DNA from: Epiperipatus broadwayi
Taxonomy: Eukaryota > Animalia > Onychophora
NCBI GenBank assembly: GCA_028023455.1
Contig: JAQFVV010000005.1
Coordinates: 10,788,001-10,852,000, forward strand
Reading direction: 5' to 3'
Length of the DNA: 64,000 nt
Position 1 is the first letter of the stretch, and every line of letters begins with the position of its first letter. Both the position numbers and the translations under genes were made by a program. Of this stretch, positions 38,893 to 49,788 are shown one piece after another. Below the pieces are notes generated by a model. That model ran no database searches. It was not told the DNA's origin and worked only from the letters and a program-made list of their open reading frames with translations.

Positions 38893-41868
38893 CATCTTAC
38901 AAAACTTCTTATTTAATTTCAAACAATAAAAGGCCCTACACAATCTCATGTTACCCATTGCAATAAAAATGTCAGAAATAGTTCATGGAAAAAAATATTG
39001 AGATGCAATTTGTAAAATTCCTTTATCAAATAGTACTGTTTCCATAAGAATTTCTGAGATTAATAATGACCAATTTTAGAGCTTATTAGTAGACTTAAGA
39101 ACAGCCCAAAGTTTGCAATTCAATAGGATGAAACAATCAATATTTCTAATTTGGCATAATTGTTACTTTATGTAAGATATGTGTATGAAGGAACTGTACA
39201 TGAAGAGTTATTGTTTTGTTGTCTTTTGGGAATGCGTACTAGAGAGGAAGACATTTATCTTAAAAGTTGATCATTTTTTCAGAAATGAGGATTTACAATG
39301 GAGTAGTTTGGTCAGTGTCAGTACAGATGATGCTGGGGCAATGATGGGTGAGAATATTGGATTTGTATCAAAACTTAAAGCTGATGGCAATGAACATATT
39401 TTTACTCACTGCATAATCCACCAGGAAGCACTCATGTATTTTTTTAAATTTTTGCAAAGATATGAATTCCGATTACCTAATCTTACTGCAATATGCAGAA
39501 GTTCTGTGGTTTTTAAGATGAAGTTTATACTAATTACTATATGTCAAAAATGAAGTTGTTATATTTTTAACTGGGCAGAAATCTGATTTTATTGATTTTT
39601 TTTTTCACAATGAATTATGGCTTTTAAAAGTGCATTATTTGTAGATACTTTTGAAAAATTGAGTGATTTTAACATGTCATATTTAACATCCTATTCTAAT
39701 AATTTAAGTGAGAACAGGTATTAACCCATGCTTTGAGTAGCTATATTTATGAGCATCGGAGATGTCTGACCTCAAGCTCCAATCTTACCAATTAATAAGA
39801 ATTATATCCCTTGAAAACCAAAAAAAAAAAGATTCCAGTGGACCTTATTGGGTGCCTTGTCAAGACTAGCTCAGTCTCAAGATCTGGGAGATGTCAATCG
39901 GGAGAATGAAACCGAGGTTATCATACAAAGAAACGTCATTTATATACTTTTATAATTTTCCTATCTGCCCTACGAATCTTATTATTTTATTTTTTTTAGA
40001 GATATATGGTCATGAATATCAGTAAGCTTTTATAACTAATAACCCATAAATTATAAGAATCTCATAATTCAAATAAATACACAAGTTATAATGAACTTGC
40101 CAGGTCACAACAAAATGTTGTAGTTCAAATTTTTGTCACCAGAGTGTTTCTTGTCGAATTATTTAAAAATTTGTTATATTATAAAAAAAATAACAAATCA
40201 TATGACCCAGTCATTCTGATCATATATATAATCAGCATACACATTCACGAAAGAGTGCAATTATGCGTCAGAGTTGTATTTATTAAATAATTTAATCTAT
40301 TTTCTATAATTCTTTTTTTAAGTTGGGACAAAGCGCATATTTCTTAATTTATTACCAAATTATTATATGTTCATTCAATATATAGAAAGTCATATTTACC
40401 TCTTTTGAGGGTGAACGTTAGTGTATTTAAGGCTGATGATCTGTAAGCTTATAGTATTACAATGGCGACTGTCTTAGCGAGAGTTGTCGGTCTGAAAGAT
40501 AATGCAAGATTACATAACATTTACACATATGATAATCCATCCTAGAGGTATTAGGTAGGTGATTCTAAAATAAAGGGCACGAAAGTTCTTGTTGATTGGA
40601 GCTCCACGATCACTTCACTTGCTTGAAATAGACAGCAAAAATCTCCATAGATAAAATCGTCATGGTAGGCAGGTCACAAACAGCTGTATACTGGACTGGT
40701 TTAATGAATCCACATGATTCTTTTACCCCAGCATTTCGATGGAATCCATTCTTATTAATTTTTATTAATTAATAAAATGACTTTATTAAAATTTACTTTC
40801 CGCGCTTCTTTCTCTATAACAGTCACTTTTTCGAATTACTTCCAAATCAAAAAAAAAAAAATAGTTCTTTCTTTTATCTCTCTTTCACCTCACTTTTTTT
40901 TTGGTCTATTCATACGCCAATGACCATTATCCCAGGAATGCTTTTAGCATGATCAGGTTTTCCATTGTCTCAAATATTTAATGGCCAATTCTTGGTATTC
41001 GGACAACAAGTGTCATTAACAGAAATTGCCCATGGCACAACTTGCAACCCCTTTTATTACCCTCTCCAGCCTTCTATTTTAATTTGCATTCATTAAGAAA
41101 CATGCACTACTAATGACATTATTTCAATAATTATAACTTACGGTAATAAACAACAAAAATATATAAAACAAAGAATATAAAAATACAACTCCATACATAA
41201 CCGCTCCTTTTCATCTTCACATACAAATCTGTTAGTAATTAATTCTATGCAACAACACGTGTAATAAATATATATGTATATGTTCACACCTTTAAATTGT
41301 GCATTTTGACTTACACTCTTTTGTAACAGGGTTCGAATGTATATCTATAAATTTTCTCGCATCTATTAATTCAATTCCTAATAACAACCACAATAAACAC
41401 TCTTTTGAAATCATTAGTGCCTTTTACTTTCTTTAGTAACCGTATTCGAACCCAGCTACTGTCACACATATTTAAAATTGAAAAAGTGAACATATGGAAA
41501 AATAAAGTTGAAAATGGATCTTTAAAAATGTTTATAGTTATAGACGCTTTTATAATTGAAAGTAACCTTTATAAAGATTTAATTCTAAACATTATAAGTG
41601 ATTATTTGAAATGTCTGATGATAAAATGCTTTCTTTCAAATTTTGACGTAGAAAATGGAAATTGGGTTCATTAATCATACTCTATTGAAATCATTAATGT
41701 CGGTCATTTAGCATTAAATGCACAAGAAGAATTTGCCGAAGTAGTTATCGAGAGACACAGATTTAAAACTTGAGGTTTTCAAAAAACCATTAAATGAATT
41801 TTGGCTCTGGGTTAGGACAGAATTTCCAACATTTTCTGAAATGGTCTTAAACATACCTTTACCATTTT

Positions 41869-41939
41869 TTTTTTTCATGGGTCATACCCCGGGACAACTG
41901 CTTGTAAGGCCACCAACGCTTGACTACTTTTACCATTTT
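41869..41939 (-). mobile_element. Short poly(A)-tailed SINE-like insertion with TSD
   Basis: T run plus catgggtcata..ccgggac..aactgcttgtaagg; 11-bp duplication tttaccatttt (41858, 41929); removal restores the transposase frame; related to 59152-59276. Confidence 0.7.
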
Positions 41940-42799
41940 ATACTACATATTTAAAGAAGTGGCATTTTCAGCATTAACGTTTATAAAATCAAAAAATTGA
42001 TCAACACTGTAAAACTTTGAAGAAACTCTAGGACTTGCAGTATCAAATATTCATCCAAGATTTAATTCTTTGTGTAAAAGTAAACAAGCACACCTAGCTC
42101 ATTAATATCAATATTTGTCTTTGCTTTTAATGAATGGGGAAATTATCTTCGTATGTATGTGAAATAATTGTTTACAAATAATTTTTTTTTATGATTTTAT
42201 TTTTAGCAAATGTTTTAATTGTTATTCCTAATTTATATAACTCTATACCCAGAGACGTGAAAATATTTGCTAGGATAAAATGAATCATAAGTGTAAAAAG
42301 TTTGAGAAGCTCTGGTTTAATTAATAGTAAGAAAGCTTTATCTTGGTAAAATCTAGCTTGCAGATAAAAAAATAAATTCGATATTTTTTTAATAAAAGAT
42401 CGTAGTGACAATTAATTTCCTAATTTTCCGAACAAATATATGTTTTGAAAATTTTAACAAATTTGTCTAAATATTTAGTTCAATATTTTTTGTTTATGGA
42501 AAGTAAATGTAGTCAAGTTCATATTTTGCTTCCTGATTTATTTCTAAATATAAAATAGCACAATACGTAATGCAAAAAGAATTTGCAAAAACCTTTCAGC
42601 TATACAATATATATATATATATACTGTATATGAATATTTTTTTAATATATTTTCGTTGCTGAAGTTTCTTTTTCATTTTAATCTAAATAAAATAAAAAGA
42701 GTATTTTTCCTATCAAGAAAGCACAGTAATAAAAATCTAAAAGGATTAAAATATGAATTCATTACGAAAACATTAATTTTGAAAACAGGATTAAGTTCA

Positions 42800-43250
42800 T
42801 TATTTAGGCAATAGAGGCCGCAAGATACATCATCGCATCGCATCGCAGCGTTTACAGTGAGCGTTATTGGTTTTTTTTTACTTACTAATAATAAGATAAG
42901 CCATATATTTTTGATTTAGGTAAGTTAAGAAATAGTATTCGCTTAATTATTGCAATTGGATCTGAAAATAAAAGTATGTATAAAGCTGAAGTAAATTATT
43001 ATATTCATATTTTAACGTACTAATGGACTTTGTATCTTGATTACGAATGAGGCTTTATATTTTATGACAATTAATTTTAAATTCTAGGACAAAAATACTA
43101 AAGGTGTGCCACCTAACGACAAATTTTGCTACCAATAATGACTTTTTTGTATAATTCTGGTTCCAAAAGACAAAGCTTAACGGATTAAATAGGCGTAAAC
43201 ATAATATAAATTAATAAATTCATGAATTTATTGCTTTAGCATGAATGATT
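42800..43250 (+). promoter_or_regulatory. Probable promoter / first exon region of ZNF gene 2
   Basis: aatagaggccgc at 42810, CpG patch (catcgcatcgcatcgcagcg), AG|GTAAGT at 42920, homology to 18960-19450. Confidence 0.5.
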
Positions 43251-43432
43251 TTTTTTTTCTTGTATTTTTAAAAAGTGCCAACCTGTTTTATATATTTTCT
43301 GTATGTGGTACAAATTGAAGATAATTTTTTTATATGGTTATTTTCACGAAACATGCATAATCTATGTAGTTAGTAAATCGGAAACAAAGCATACAGCTAT
43401 CTTACTTATACTTTGCAATGCGAAATACTGAA

Positions 43433-43789
43433 AACAAAGGCAAAAATCCCCATACAGTAGTGCTACCCTGTGCCAAACAGAGTAATCAATGGATGCCAGA
43501 AGGCTTGTGCATAAAATCCTTATCTAGTGCCTACTCATCCAATATCCCCAGACTAGTTTCTGGCTTGTGGCCATCACTCAGATCCAAGGCTCCTCACTGA
43601 TGATGGCCACAAGCCAGAAACTAGTCTGGGGATATTGGATGAGTAGGCACTAGATAGGGATTTTATGCACAAGCCTTCTGGCATCCATTGATTACTCTGT
43701 TTGGCACAGGGTGGCACTACTGTATGGAGAGTTTTGCCTTTGTTTACATCAATTATGTGCTAGTATAGAGATGGTGATCATGGGATGTT
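43433..43789 (+). mobile_element. Young foldback insertion of hammerhead family B (inverted pLTR plus tail, Penelope-like architecture)
   Basis: About 145-bp near-perfect arms (43432-43576 / 43601-43745), 24-nt spacer, 44-bp unpaired tail, exact 12-bp flanking direct repeat cgaaatactgaa (43421, 43790). Confidence 0.9.
43591..43632 (+). ncRNA. Minimal type I hammerhead ribozyme with intact core
   Basis: uccuca-CUGAUGA-uggc cacaa gcca-GAAA-c ua-GUC-ugggga: 6-bp stem I, 4-bp stem II, palindromic stem III (ACUAGU), GUC cleavage triplet 43624-43626; non-canonical U-A at 10.1-11.1. Confidence 0.87.
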
Positions 43790-44372
43790 CGAAATACTGA
43801 ACTGACTTTTTCCTTTAGTATTCTTTGGCTTTATCCATTCACGATCCTGCATAGATTGATAAAAGTTTTTTTTTGTAGTTGTTTTTCATTCTTGCCTTTC
43901 CTTGGTTTTAGATTATCTAATTGATAATTATATCTTCAAACCATTTTTGAAGGCTCCGAAAATAATTTAAATTATTTAAAACTTCTTGCTTTAATTTAGT
44001 CAAAAAAAACCTTTTTTCAAATATTTATGTAAAAAGGATAGATCTCGTTATTTAGAAAATTCTTAGCTATGTTTCTATTAATATATAAAATTTGGATTGG
44101 CTGTCATTTTTTGATTACAAGGGTCATTGTGATTTCATTTTCGAAGCTATAATGCAAATAAGGCATTATAAAATTGTGTTTTCTATGAATTATTGTGAGA
44201 AGTTTAACCAACCAGAAGGAATTACTCTAACATATTTATTATTATTCAAAAAGACTGTATTGTGCAGTCTTTTTTATGTCACATTTTATATTAATATTTT
44301 ATAAATTTAGTCCTTTTAATTGCCATAAAATTAATATGGTTATTACCGGTGATGATTTTTTTATTCTTTCAG

Positions 44373-44538
44373 ACAAGAATTCTGAAGCAGGGAATTGTGA
44401 CCTAACATTATCAAGGAATATAAAGAATGATTCGAAAGGAAAGATAACTGATGCACATATTACTTTAGTTCAAAAAGGATTTTTTAAAGTTGGAAAGATT
44501 TTAAATATGAAAACTGCAGCTGTCCATATTAAGTCTTT
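44373..44538 (+). other. Candidate internal exon of ZNF gene 2
   Basis: Pyrimidine tract ttttttattctttcag before and gtaaga after; open frame across it. No transcript evidence. Confidence 0.4.
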
Positions 44539-45569
44539 GTAAGAACACTGAAAAAGATTATAAGAAAAGAAGTGAAATATTAAAAAATAATTTTATTTAA
44601 AATTCATAAAATTAATAAATTGTAACAATAAAAAGTAAATGAATAATTATAAAATTGGATTAATAGTAATTAATTATTCATTGCATTATGACAAATAAAG
44701 GCTCCATTTTAATTGAACATTATATAAAGCTTTATAAAAATGATCAAATCAGGCTTTATTTTTCTCGGCATTTCATCACTCATTAAATTCTTTAATTTTA
44801 CAGTTGCATATATATATATATCATTATATTATAAAAATACTTTTATCAATTATATAATTTCAGTCGTCATATAATTACTTTTGTGATGTTTTTGTATTAT
44901 TTTCAAAAAGTTCCATCTAATGAAACATATATAATCACCTTTTGCAGGGGGATCATGTAGACTTTCGAGAGAAAAAAGTGCTTGTTGGAATGGTATATAC
45001 ATTAATGATACAAAAAAATAATAATTAAAAGCTCTGTACACTTGTTCAAAATAGAATTAAAGTGATAACTACTGCACAGAAATCAGGATATAAAATGATT
45101 CTATAGAAAATATTTATCAATGGTTTATATATTATTAATAGACTGCTGGGAATAAATATTATTTAATATGTCCACAAATAGATATCATGAACCAAGCAGT
45201 CATAAATAATTTTGTTTCAATCCATACAGAAACTTTTCTTCAGTATTTATTTTTCTTCATTAATACAATTTATGTTATTATGATGTTTCACCATTATTCA
45301 AAGTCTCGTATTGATATAGAGCAGTGCTTAAAAGCAATTAACAAGCCTATTTGCAAGTCTAAATTTATTTGGTCATAAAATACTTTTCTATCTTTACTAA
45401 AAGCAACCTTGTTTAGCTATTGTATTTAAGATTGTAAATACTTTTATAAAGAGTCATATCAGTCTTTATAGTATAATTACTTTGAAAGAAAGATAGACTA
45501 TAAATTGTTTTATATATTTGTAAATCCATATATAGGTAGAAGTCATTTTTTAAACTATTTAAAAATAGT

Positions 45570-45922
45570 TTTAGGAGAAAATTATTTGAGAGCACATTAT
45601 ATAATTTTAAAGAAACAAACAAATGGATTAAAATTATACAAAGGAATTGTTTGCAATGTTTATGTTACAAACATCATAAGAAAATGATTTTAAAAAGCCT
45701 AAGAACTTATTAGAAAATTATCTTTGTATTGTACTTTTTGTGATTAGAAACTGTTATTAAACAGATGAAATATATGTGAATAAACATATACAAGAGATGT
45801 TTTTATTGCAACCTTTGTAGTTTTCAAATCCTAGTAAATATTATTTAAAAATATGTTCAAGAATCCATATAGAATATAAGTCTTTACACTACAGTTTATG
45901 TGATTATAAGATATAGTTTAAG
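45570..45922 (+). pseudogene. Decayed C2H2 fingers upstream of ZNF gene 2 (about 4 units)
   Basis: YCTFCD*K, FYCNLCSFQ and tgtgattataag remnants in shifted frames. Confidence 0.7.
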
Positions 45923-47389
45923 ATGCGCAACAAAATATATTCAGGAGAAAAACTTTTTCACTGCAGCTTCTGTGATTACAAGTCAGCTAAAAAAGTTAAT
46001 CTAAAAATCCACGAAAGAACACATACAGGTGAAAAACCTTTTGAATGCAATTTATGTAATTACAAAACTGCTAGAAAATTTAATTTAAAGTCGCATGAAA
46101 GAACACATACAAATGAAAAACCATTCAAATGTAGCTTATGTGATTACACAACTGCTATTAAACATAGTTTAAAAATGCATAACAGATCACACACAGAAGA
46201 AAAACTTTTGCATTGCAATATTTGTGATTACAAGACTGCTTTTAAACATAGATTGAAAATGCATGAAATAACACACACAGGTAAAAAGCCTTTCCATTGC
46301 ACCATTTGTGATTACAAGACTGCTAGAAAAGACAGTTTAAGGCTTCACGAGCAAACACATTCCCAAGAAAAATTTTATCATTGCAATTTATGTGATTATA
46401 GTGGTGCTGCTAAAATAAATTTAATAAAACATGAAAGAACACATACAGGAGAAAAGCCTTTCAAGTGTAGTTTGTGCAATTATAAAGCGGCCCTAAAATC
46501 AACTTTATTACGGCATGAAAGAACACATACGGGAGAAAAACTTTCTCAATGCAGCATTTGTGATTATAAGACTACTGTAAAGCATAATTTAAAAATGCAC
46601 AGCAGAACACATACAGGAGAAAAGCCTTTCCACTGTAATGTGTGTGATTATAAAACAGCTTGGAAAAGAAGTTTATCACGGCATATTATAACTCATTCTG
46701 AAGACAGCTCATTTCAATGCAGACAATGTGATTATAAAACTGCTGTCAAAGAAAACTTACAAGTACATATAATAAAACATAGAGCAGAAAACCCTTTCCA
46801 CTGCAACTTGTGTGATTTTAAGACTGCTTTTAAACAGAGTTTACAAATACATGAAAACACACATATAAGAAAAACATATTTTCAGTGCCATTTGTGTGAC
46901 TACAAAAGTGCTAAGAAAAATCAATTCAAAATACATGAAAAAACACACAATAAGGAAAAACTTTTAAAATTTGATGTATGCAATTATAAGATTGATGAGA
47001 AATATAGCTTAAAATTGCATGAAAGAACACGCACTCTGGAGAAATGTTTCCACTATAACACTTGTGATTATAGAAGTGATGTTAATAGTAATTTAAGAAA
47101 ACATGAAAGCTTCCATACAAGAAAAACAGTTCTTTCCAAAACTTTATGCAGTGACAAACAAGATTCTCATAGTTCTTTGATAAGTCATAAAAAATGTAAG
47201 AGAAAATATTCCCTGAAGTTTAATGGAAAAAAATGCAAAGGAAAATATATGCAAGATTATCATAGTTTTAAAATGTTCAAATGTTGTTTGTGTGATTATA
47301 AAGATAGTGAGAAGTGGATTTTAGAAAGGCATGAAGCTAGTCATTTCACTGATCAAAATACTGTGGAGATTCTCATAAAATTCAGTTGA
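45923..47389 (+). CDS. Tandem C2H2 zinc-finger protein, 488 aa (ZNF gene 2)
   Basis: 12 canonical tandem fingers, 2-3 degenerate fingers, isolated terminal finger CCLC-x12-HEASH; C-terminal region homologous to gene 1. Confidence 0.95.
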   Translation: MRNKIYSGEKLFHCSFCDYKSAKKVNLKIHERTHTGEKPFECNLCNYKTARKFNLKSHERTHTNEKPFKCSLCDYTTAIKHSLKMHNRSHTEEKLLHCNICDYKTAFKHRLKMHEITHTGKKPFHCTICDYKTARKDSLRLHEQTHSQEKFYHCNLCDYSGAAKINLIKHERTHTGEKPFKCSLCNYKAALKSTLLRHERTHTGEKLSQCSICDYKTTVKHNLKMHSRTHTGEKPFHCNVCDYKTAWKRSLSRHIITHSEDSSFQCRQCDYKTAVKENLQVHIIKHRAENPFHCNLCDFKTAFKQSLQIHENTHIRKTYFQCHLCDYKSAKKNQFKIHEKTHNKEKLLKFDVCNYKIDEKYSLKLHERTRTLEKCFHYNTCDYRSDVNSNLRKHESFHTRKTVLSKTLCSDKQDSHSSLISHKKCKRKYSLKFNGKKCKGKYMQDYHSFKMFKCCLCDYKDSEKWILERHEASHFTDQNTVEILIKFS

Positions 47390-47864
47390 GAATTTAAAAT
47401 TTATTTCTAATAAAGCTGGTTGGCTTTAGCAAAAAGACTGAGTGTATTATTAGATAACCATATGATAGTGATCTTAATAAATGGAGTAATGAAAATATTT
47501 CATTAGTACTGCCATCTACTGGACTTCTCAAGAAAGAGAATGAAATGGTAGTTAGTGTTCATAGAATTGGAACTTTAGAAAAAAATATAATTTCTGATAA
47601 AGTAATTATTTCAGAATTTATTATTCATTAAAGAGTTCAGGCTACATTTTTATCAATATCATCAAAGAAAAGATTACATTTATAAAAGTTAAAGAATAAT
47701 ACTATAGATTTAAAATGAGTTTATTGCATAGTAATTTGTTAAATTAATCTGTGCTATCACCTATTGTTGCATATAGAAAACTTATTATTGCTGATCTTTC
47801 ATTTATAATCTATTTTATCACTTTCTTTTCTATGAATAAATTATTAGCCATTGAATAATGTCTT

Positions 47865-47903
<39 letters not shown>

Positions 47904-49662
47904 ATGTAATTATTAAAAACCAGTCAACACTTAGACAATATCAATAACAATCCACAATCTCAAACTGTTATCAAGGTAATCTCCTTTTAACAATATATAT
48001 ATATATATGAGTGTATGTGGGTCACAGAAATCTGTTTACATCTTTATTCTCTTAATGAAGCTTTTTAATAAATTATAGTTTTGGAATAAATGACAATAAT
48101 AAATTTGACCCAAAAATACAATGAAGTCAAATCAGATACAGTAAAGTAATTCAGTATCTAAATTATAATAGAATTACTTTTTTTTTATCATTATATAAAT
48201 TAGATATTTGCGATTAAGATTTGCACTTTTTTATTTAATTTTTAATTTTAAAAAAATAAAAAAAAATTTTTAATTATTAAATTAAAAATAACTCAAAAAA
48301 AAAAAAAAAAAAACCTCCCTCTCCCCCTGAAATAATTAAATATTTATTATCTACTTGTAGAAAATTAATCTATTCTTGTACTTTTCAATGTAAATGAAGG
48401 TAAATTTGTCAAACATGTTGAAATTTCAGATTGGAATTAATATTGAGGCCATGCTTAAATATGGCAAAATTACAAAATCATATTTAATTAGAAGATAATG
48501 ACAATGTTTTATTGTTAACAATTCATGTATTGATAAGCAAGTATAAATCAAATGATTATAAATATTAAATAATAATGTGCTTGGCATTAAAAATATATGA
48601 AAATAGAGCAAATATGACATTAAATCAATCAGTTTATACATATTTGATCATTTTATTTGATGATATAGGAGTATATAAATATGACATGGAAATGTGGAAT
48701 TTTAAATAATTATGAATGTCATGTATATAAATTCATCACTTGCATAAGCTTCCAGTGATTGATGATGATGATGTAAAAGTATTAAAATTGTATTATTAGA
48801 GAATAATTTCTACTTTATATTGATCTTATAACAAGAACACATATGTTTATGCAGTCTCCTTATTTTAGAAATGAATTTTTACTTGAAGGTAATTTGCTAA
48901 CTGAAGCAGTTAACACAATTCTGTATATGGATATAATCTTCATTGCTTTTTAAATATTTAATGTTGATCAGCAATTTGATAACTATAAAACTTGTGATTT
49001 GTATAACTGAAATTTTAATCAACTATGATATGACAATTATATTAATATTACTGCTAGATAAATGAGAACACATTTAACTATTTATATATGAATGGCAATT
49101 TAAATTATATTCATAAGGACAATACAAGAATTTTGCTACAGTATAAATGGAGAAATGAGAACTACTTTACTTAGGTATCAGTCCTTTGAATCAAAAAAAT
49201 CAATAATGATTATAATTGCCATTTAATTATATTTACAAAATAGAAGCAGAACTAGACATCTTAACAAGTTGTCAATAAATTTACACATTCATCTTTTTAT
49301 TAGAAATCCCTTTAATAATAAAGCTGTTTATTCTTAAACTTTTTGATCTTAATAATGCTGAAATTAAGGCTGGATTTTATAGTTAAACCAAATGAAACTT
49401 GGTTTTATTAATGTGAATTTATAATCAATTAAAACAAAAGATAAAGGCAGAATTTTATTTTTAACAGATTCTTTTATGATTAATAAGCATTGAATTGTAA
49501 AAATTAACAAATTCAGTATTAAATGTATATATGGAATAAAAGTGGAAAGACAACTTTTACAAACTGTTAATCAATTTATACACACAGTCACACACACTCA
49601 TATATGTATTGAACATAAAAAGGCAATAGTTAATTGGATTCCATAATTAATCATTTTACAAC

Positions 49663-49788
49663 AGCCAAAGCTTAAATAAATCAATAAAATATCAACAAAC
49701 TATTGCCAAGACAATCTCCATTTTTATCAATTGAGATTTCCTTGGCAACAGAATGTTGATACTCTATTGGCTTATTTAAGCTTTGGCT
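49663..49788. other. Imperfect 126-nt hairpin (MITE-like or palindrome)
   Basis: agccaaagcttaaataa...ttgccaag..aatctc / gagatt..cttggcaa...ttatttaagctttggct; 17-bp perfect outer stem. Confidence 0.8.

Larger units (their letters stand above)
37800..42314 (+). mobile_element. Decayed hAT (Buster/Charlie) copy 2, split by nested insertions
   Basis: KRKY..., CLICNEVLAAERMRPSK, VSVSTDDAGAMMG, THCIIHQEAL, KVNIWKNKVENGSL, LPFYTTYL; 3' end aagtttgagaagctctg followed by gttTAatt. Interrupted at 38075-38892, about 39690-41430 and 41869-41939. Confidence 0.9.
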
